In this document: positions 59,643 to 64,000 of the stretch, in pieces
Numbering within the stretch: position 1 is the first letter of the stretch
Layout of the letters: each line of letters opens with the position of its first letter
Program-made: the position numbers and the translations under genes
The notes under the pieces: generated by a model
What the model saw: the letters and a program-made list of their open reading frames with translations, nothing else
Told to the model about the DNA's origin: nothing
Database searches by the model: none
Virus record (IMG/VR): IMGVR_UViG_3300033512_000504
Direction: 5' to 3' (one strand)
DNA: 64,000 nt
From: a virus

Positions 59643-60158
59643 ATGAAAAAGATTATCACAGTATTGACAGCTTTAGTTATCGTTTTAGGTTTTTCTGGAT
59701 GTACTCTTAATGAAGGGCAAGTTAAAACAATTGCTCAATCAAGCGGTACGGCAGCAGCAGTTGTTTGGATTGCCAGCGAAAGTCCAGATAGAATTACAAT
59801 GAGCCTTGTCGTTGATTTATTGAATACAATTGAAACTAATTTGGTTGCAATTTCAGCAGATAAAACTTATACAGAAGTACTTTATCCAATTGTTGTTCAG
59901 TTTGCAAAATCAAGTTCTGTTCCAGATCAATATGAACCACTGATAATGGCTGGAGGTTTAGCTACTTTGCAATCAATTGACGTTTTCTTTGTCATGTATC
60001 CAACTTGGAAAGACAAGGCAGAAACAACAAAAGGAATTGTAAATAGTTTTATTTTAGGAGCAAAAACAGGATTTTCACTTGCTGATAATGATGAAAGACT
60101 TGTAAATGCCAGAAAGATATCGGCAGCAAGAGTCAAAGCTAAAGCGTTTCAACAATAA
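59643..60158 (+). CDS. lipoprotein
   Basis: Signal peptide with FSGC lipobox. Confidence 0.65.
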   Translation: MKKIITVLTALVIVLGFSGCTLNEGQVKTIAQSSGTAAAVVWIASESPDRITMSLVVDLLNTIETNLVAISADKTYTEVLYPIVVQFAKSSSVPDQYEPLIMAGGLATLQSIDVFFVMYPTWKDKAETTKGIVNSFILGAKTGFSLADNDERLVNARKISAARVKAKAFQQ

Positions 60159-60164
60159 TTAATG

Positions 60165-60210
60165 AAGTGTTGTAATGAAAAGTAACCAAGTTTATTACAA
60201 CACTTTTCTT
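60165..60210 (+). terminator. long inverted repeat, possible terminator
   Basis: AAGTGTTGTAAT...ATTACAACACTT followed by T-rich sequence. Confidence 0.5.
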
Positions 60211-60220
60211 TTATAAAATT

Positions 60221-60478
60221 ATGAAAAATATAAAATATATCGTTGTAATCGCCGCATTATCATTACTCGCTGGATGTAGTTTTCAAACAAAATTCAAACA
60301 CGTTCAATCTAACGTTGCTGGATTAGACAGGAAAGTAACACTATACAGTAATGATGGCTCTGTTATTACTAATTATAATGGACGACTTAAGGTAGAAAAC
60401 CATGGTGGGTCTTGTTCATTCATAGTTAATGGAAAAGTCATCATCATTTCTGGAACCTATATTATTGAAGAGATTTAA
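60221..60478 (+). CDS. small lipoprotein
   Basis: LAGC lipobox. Confidence 0.65.
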   Translation: MKNIKYIVVIAALSLLAGCSFQTKFKHVQSNVAGLDRKVTLYSNDGSVITNYNGRLKVENHGGSCSFIVNGKVIIISGTYIIEEI

Positions 60479-60498
60479 CTAGATTGTAAAGGAGAATT

Positions 60499-61305
60499 AT
60501 GGCAAATTTCGTAGAACCAAAAGTGTATAAAATTGCAGAAACAAAATTAAATGACGATAACGTATTGGCATGGCTTGAAGATTTAGGAGGAGAAGAGTGC
60601 TTAGTACACGTTGAAGGTGATGATAAAGAGAAACTTATTGAATTCGCTGGCAGACGTTGTTATAAATCTTATAAAGAGGGTCTTAATCCGAACGTTACAA
60701 GAGTAAGAAAAAATAGTGAAGAATATCATGAAAATGTATTAAAGTCTCGTCATGGCTCTATTCTTGAACATGCATCGGTCACATTTGCTTTTGAAAACGT
60801 AAGTAGGGTTGTAACACATGAATTGGTAAGACATAGGGCGGGTGCTGCATATTCACAAGAAAGTCTCCGTTATGTTCGATTAACAGATATAAATATGTTT
60901 TTCCCGTCTATATTTAAGCAATTTGGTGAAGAGAAAAGATTAGAAGCGGAACGAATTGCTTTACGAACTATGCGTTATGCTGAAGATACTCAAAAAGAGT
61001 TAATGCAAATTTTCAAAGAGGATATGGAGTCTGATTTTGACACAAAGAAGAAATTAACATCTGCATTCCGTAGATATGCTCCTATTGGTTTGGCAACAGG
61101 TATTATTTGCACGTTTAACTTTAGAACGTTACGTCATATCATGGAAATGAGAACTTCCAAACATGCAGAAGAGGAAATTCGTTTAGTTATTGATCAGATG
61201 GCAGAATTTTGTGTTAAAGATTATCCAATGATATTTGGAGATTATATGGCTACCGATACAGAAGATGGGTTGGTCGAATATACTACTGAATACACAAAAG
61301 TTTAA
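60499..61305 (+). CDS. thyX: FAD-dependent thymidylate synthase
   Basis: HGSILEH, SRVVTHELVRHR..YSQES.RY, RTSKHAEEEIR. Confidence 0.95.
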   Translation: MANFVEPKVYKIAETKLNDDNVLAWLEDLGGEECLVHVEGDDKEKLIEFAGRRCYKSYKEGLNPNVTRVRKNSEEYHENVLKSRHGSILEHASVTFAFENVSRVVTHELVRHRAGAAYSQESLRYVRLTDINMFFPSIFKQFGEEKRLEAERIALRTMRYAEDTQKELMQIFKEDMESDFDTKKKLTSAFRRYAPIGLATGIICTFNFRTLRHIMEMRTSKHAEEEIRLVIDQMAEFCVKDYPMIFGDYMATDTEDGLVEYTTEYTKV

Positions 61306-61306
61306 T

Positions 61307-61552
61307 ATGATAATTCAAAAATATAAAGTCAAACTAGACGCTCCAACAGATAGTAATAGTAAATTTGTTGGAGCACCAGTATTTAAAGAAAATGGTAGTG
61401 ACGTTATTATAGGGTTTGTATCTGCATTTGATGGAACTGAAGCCACTATTACATTATTTGAGCCGATAGATCTTCCTATTGAAAACAAGAATATAACCGT
61501 ATCATCTAGAGTGTTGTCTGACGAAGATATGTTTAAAGATTTTGAATCATAA
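61307..61552 (+). CDS. hypothetical protein
   Basis: Coupled to the thyX stop. Confidence 0.5.
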   Translation: MIIQKYKVKLDAPTDSNSKFVGAPVFKENGSDVIIGFVSAFDGTEATITLFEPIDLPIENKNITVSSRVLSDEDMFKDFES

Positions 61553-61653
61553 AATGCTAAAGAATTATTTCTACGAGATTTAATAAAAAAGGGAAAATCT
61601 GAACGAGAATATAAAACGGAGTATCAGGGATTTTTATATAAAGGAGAATCAAA

Positions 61654-61917
61654 ATGACAATTGATCAAAAAATACAAAATATAACTGAAAACTATCCAGA
61701 CGCTAAATTAATGGACGGTTATGATGATTGCATAATTGGAATATGTAACCGATTCGGTATGGAGTCGATAGTACTGTATGATCAAGAAAAAGTTATTGAA
61801 AAATTAATGCAAGATGGTATGACTTGTGAAGAAGCTTTGGAATTTTTTGAGTATAATCAGCTAGGGTCGTAGGTAGGTGAAGGAACTCCAGCATTTGCCG
61901 ACCTTATGGAATATTGA
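61654..61917 (+). pseudogene. phage hypothetical gene with in-frame TAG at 61870
   Basis: DGYDDCIIG..EEALEFFEYNQLGS*VGEGTPAF; the frame ends 1 nt before the next ATG. Confidence 0.7.
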
Positions 61918-61918
61918 C

Positions 61919-62278
61919 ATGAACTTAATTACAAATAAACACGAATATATTGAACACTTTGGATGCCACATGTGTAAGCATTGTTTTAGAAAAATACCGC
62001 AAGAGGCAGAGAGTCTTATTGAATCAGATAGTGGTATAGACGCTTCTGATTTTTACGACAATGATAGTAGATATTTTGAATATTATTGCACATTTGAAGC
62101 AGAACCTAGACCAAAATGTGACGGTTATTATATAACTATAGACGAAAATTGCGATTATTAATGTTTTGAAGAACTACTGACATTCAAAGATATCAGTGGA
62201 CACCATGCTTGGGAAAAATGGGCAAACAAAAATAGAGTTAATCCTTGGGGCGTCTGTAAGAAATTTGAAGAAGATTAA
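61919..62278 (+). pseudogene. Cys-rich hypothetical gene with in-frame TAA at 62159
   Basis: ..DENCDY*CFEELL..NRVNPWGVCKKFEED* abuts the convergent gene end at 62275. Confidence 0.6.
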
Positions 62279-62898
62279 CTTCCGTAATATTCATCGTATA
62301 ATTTGAAATATTTTTCAGGCATTGGAAAAGTAAATTTTTTTGGTAAATTACTATATATTGATGAAGTTTCGTATGGTGGTTTTTTGGTTTTGTTAGAATA
62401 CCATTTTCTTTTTATCATTGCGTAGTTATAAAAATATACATACGAATTTGCTTTTTGTGTATATGTCTCACGGCAAATTGGCAAGTTGAATTTCTTAAAT
62501 ATTTTTATTGCTCTTTTTTCGCAATCTAACTCTAATAGTTGAATTGTTTTTACAGCGTTTTGTACGGCTTCGTCGTCCATTTCTTTTTTATGTGACAACC
62601 ATAGGAAAAATTTTTCTACTTGATCTTCTCCATTTAAGTACATTTTTGTCCAAACATCGCATTGTTCTTCCCACTGAGTAAAATGAGCATATTCATGTAC
62701 TAATATCGGTATCCATTCTGTTTCTGGTTTGTTAATAGCACATCTTAATATTTTGTTGTCTCCATCAAAATAGCCTGAACATCTTATTTTATCGCTGTTT
62801 AAGACTACATATTTTGATTTAGATAAGTCAAGTTTTACTTTGTTATCATGTAAAGTTTCTTTAATGTACAATATAAACTTTGTTGTTTGTTTATCCAA
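62275..62898 (-). CDS. putative Zn metallopeptidase (HExxH)
   Basis: LVHEYAH, ELDCE. Confidence 0.65.
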   Translation of the reverse strand: MDKQTTKFILYIKETLHDNKVKLDLSKSKYVVLNSDKIRCSGYFDGDNKILRCAINKPETEWIPILVHEYAHFTQWEEQCDVWTKMYLNGEDQVEKFFLWLSHKKEMDDEAVQNAVKTIQLLELDCEKRAIKIFKKFNLPICRETYTQKANSYVYFYNYAMIKRKWYSNKTKKPPYETSSIYSNLPKKFTFPMPEKYFKLYDEYYGS

Positions 62899-63052
62899 GA
62901 TGTATTTACATTCAATATTATGCCGTTTTTATTCTGTTTTAATATTTTTTAAAAAAATATTTGCTTTTTAAAAAAATCTGGTATAATATACATGTTGAAA
63001 ATAAATAAAGGATTTATCAATTAAAAATAAGAACGAGTTTTAAAGGTACAAA

Positions 63053-63136
63053 ATGAACATAAATACTATCCATATTCCAGAACATATTGAGGAACCCATT
63101 GCCCTCAGGCACGGGTATGGAATTGGTTTGTTCTAA
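63053..63136 (+). CDS. putative attenuator leader peptide, Ile/His/Pro/Glu-rich (MNINTIHIPEHIEEPIALRHGYGIGLF)
   Basis: SD AAGG; codons 6-16 are only I/H/P/E; precedes His/Ile/Pro/Glu tRNAs. Confidence 0.8.
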   Translation: MNINTIHIPEHIEEPIALRHGYGIGLF

Positions 63137-63152
63137 TTCTGTATAAGGTTTT

Positions 63153-63191
63153 AAACCCCTTGCCTGACGAAAGTTAAGCAAGGGGTTTTTT
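63153..63191 (+). terminator. intrinsic terminator (attenuator 4)
   Basis: AAACCCCTTGCCTGAC-GAAA-GTTAAGCAAGGGGTTTTTT. Confidence 0.9.
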
Positions 63192-63206
63192 ATTGCTCTT
63201 TTTAGG

Positions 63207-63235
63207 TTGACAAATAGAAAATAAAATGTTAGGAT
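63207..63235 (+). promoter_or_regulatory. sigma70-like promoter upstream of tRNA-His
   Basis: TTGACA-N17-TAGGAT. Confidence 0.5.
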
Positions 63236-63250
63236 GTTTGAAAATTTAAT

Positions 63251-63328
63251 GGCGGATGTAGCTCAATTGGTTAGAGCGTCAGATTGTGAATCTGAATGTT
63301 GCGGGTTCGAACCCCGTCATCCACCCCA
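63251..63328 (+). tRNA. tRNA-His(GTG)
   Basis: G-1/C73 pair, TT GTG AA loop, CCA. Confidence 0.9.
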
Positions 63329-63342
63329 ATTTTAGGATAAAA

Positions 63343-63522
63343 ATGAAAGAGTTATGGATGGAAGGAGTTAGAGAGATAACTGTTGATACAATGAATCTAA
63401 TTGAAAATAGATTGAAAGAATTCGGAATTGTCTTAACAGATTCAGAAGAAGATGATATACATAATAAGATATGGAATGTTTTAGAGAATAGAAGCAATGG
63501 CGAATATAAAAATCATATGTAA
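63343..63522 (+). CDS. hypothetical protein between tRNA genes
   Basis: SD AGGA; 59 aa. Confidence 0.55.
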   Translation: MKELWMEGVREITVDTMNLIENRLKEFGIVLTDSEEDDIHNKIWNVLENRSNGEYKNHM

Positions 63523-63559
63523 CAATATGGTTAGATCTTTGAAAATATAGTAATTTAAT

Positions 63560-63637
63560 AGGTGGGTAGCTCAGTTGGTTAGCAGCGTCTGTCTGATACA
63601 CAGAAGGTCGGGGGTTCGACTCCCTCTCCACCTACCA
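63560..63637 (+). tRNA. tRNA-Ile(GAT)
   Basis: AGGTGGG/TCCACCT, CT GAT AC loop, CCA. Confidence 0.95.
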
Positions 63638-63646
63638 ATTTTTAAA

Positions 63647-63745
63647 CAGCGAGTGGAAGAGTCTGGCTATCTTCGTACGGCTTGGAACCGGATATGTGTA
63701 CTAAGCGTGTATGCATCGGGGGTTCGAATCCCTCCTCGCTGACCA
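63647..63745 (+). tRNA. tRNA-Pro(TGG) with long variable arm (99 nt)
   Basis: CAGCGAG/CTCGCTG (C1-G72, A73), CT TGG AA loop, extra arm of about 24 nt, CCA. Confidence 0.75.
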
Positions 63746-63753
63746 ATTTTAAT

Positions 63754-63839
63754 GCCCCTATGGAGTAAACGGCTAACTCGTCAGACTTTCAATCTGGAGA
63801 CATCTAATGCTAGTGCGGGTTCGAATCCCGCTAGGGGTA
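63754..63839 (+). tRNA. tRNA-Glu(TTC) with extended variable region, no encoded CCA
   Basis: GCCCCTA/TAGGGGT, CT TTC AA loop, GGTTCGAATCC. Confidence 0.75.
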
Positions 63840-63943
63840 CATATTTAACTGTCTAAATAGTTTTGTGAAATTAGTTTTTAATAAAAAAAATAAAGGATTT
63901 GTATTCGATTCTCCAGAAATATCTATATAAGGAGAATTTAATA

Positions 63944-64000
63944 ATGAAAAGATTATGTGATCAAGCCAGAAAAATAAACGCCATAAAACGGTATGAAGAA
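63944..64000 (+). CDS. start of a CDS running off the window
   Basis: SD AGGAG; MKRLCDQARKINAIKRYEE. Confidence 0.55.
   Translation, partial: MKRLCDQARKINAIKRYEE

Noticed and set aside
35372-62278. Alternative genetic code (TAG or TGA reassignment)
   Set aside because: The interruptions include TAA, TAG and TGA; many genes end cleanly at TAG/TGA with coupled starts; no suppressor tRNA is present in the window.

Overview
AT-rich 64 kb segment that looks like part of a very large (jumbo or huge) bacteriophage genome. The evidence is dense, tightly coupled ORFs, 13 tRNA-like genes, thyX, dut, dam, IF-3, HNH nucleases, virion-type fibre proteins and no host housekeeping operons. Layout: (1) 1-24.6 kb, a minus-strand cluster of about 30 glycosyltransferase, methyltransferase and nonulosonic-acid (neuB, neuA, Maf-like) genes. 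(2) 25-64 kb, mostly plus-strand accessory genes with three IS200/IS605-family tnpB elements, four tRNA clusters, ART-like proteins and a minus-strand fibre/beta-propeller pair. The most striking signal is that each of the four tRNA clusters is preceded by a 24-30 aa leader ORF, an intrinsic terminator and an antiterminator-complementary segment. The leader codons match the downstream tRNAs: Ser/Cys leader to tRNA-Cys/Ser, Met leader to two CAT tRNAs, QQQNNQNNQ to Asn/Gln/Asn, and IHIPEHIEEPI to His/Ile/Pro/Glu. This looks like ribosome-mediated attenuation of phage tRNA genes. I do not know of a description of this, but I could not search the literature. All product calls come from motif recognition by eye; no database search or folding was run.
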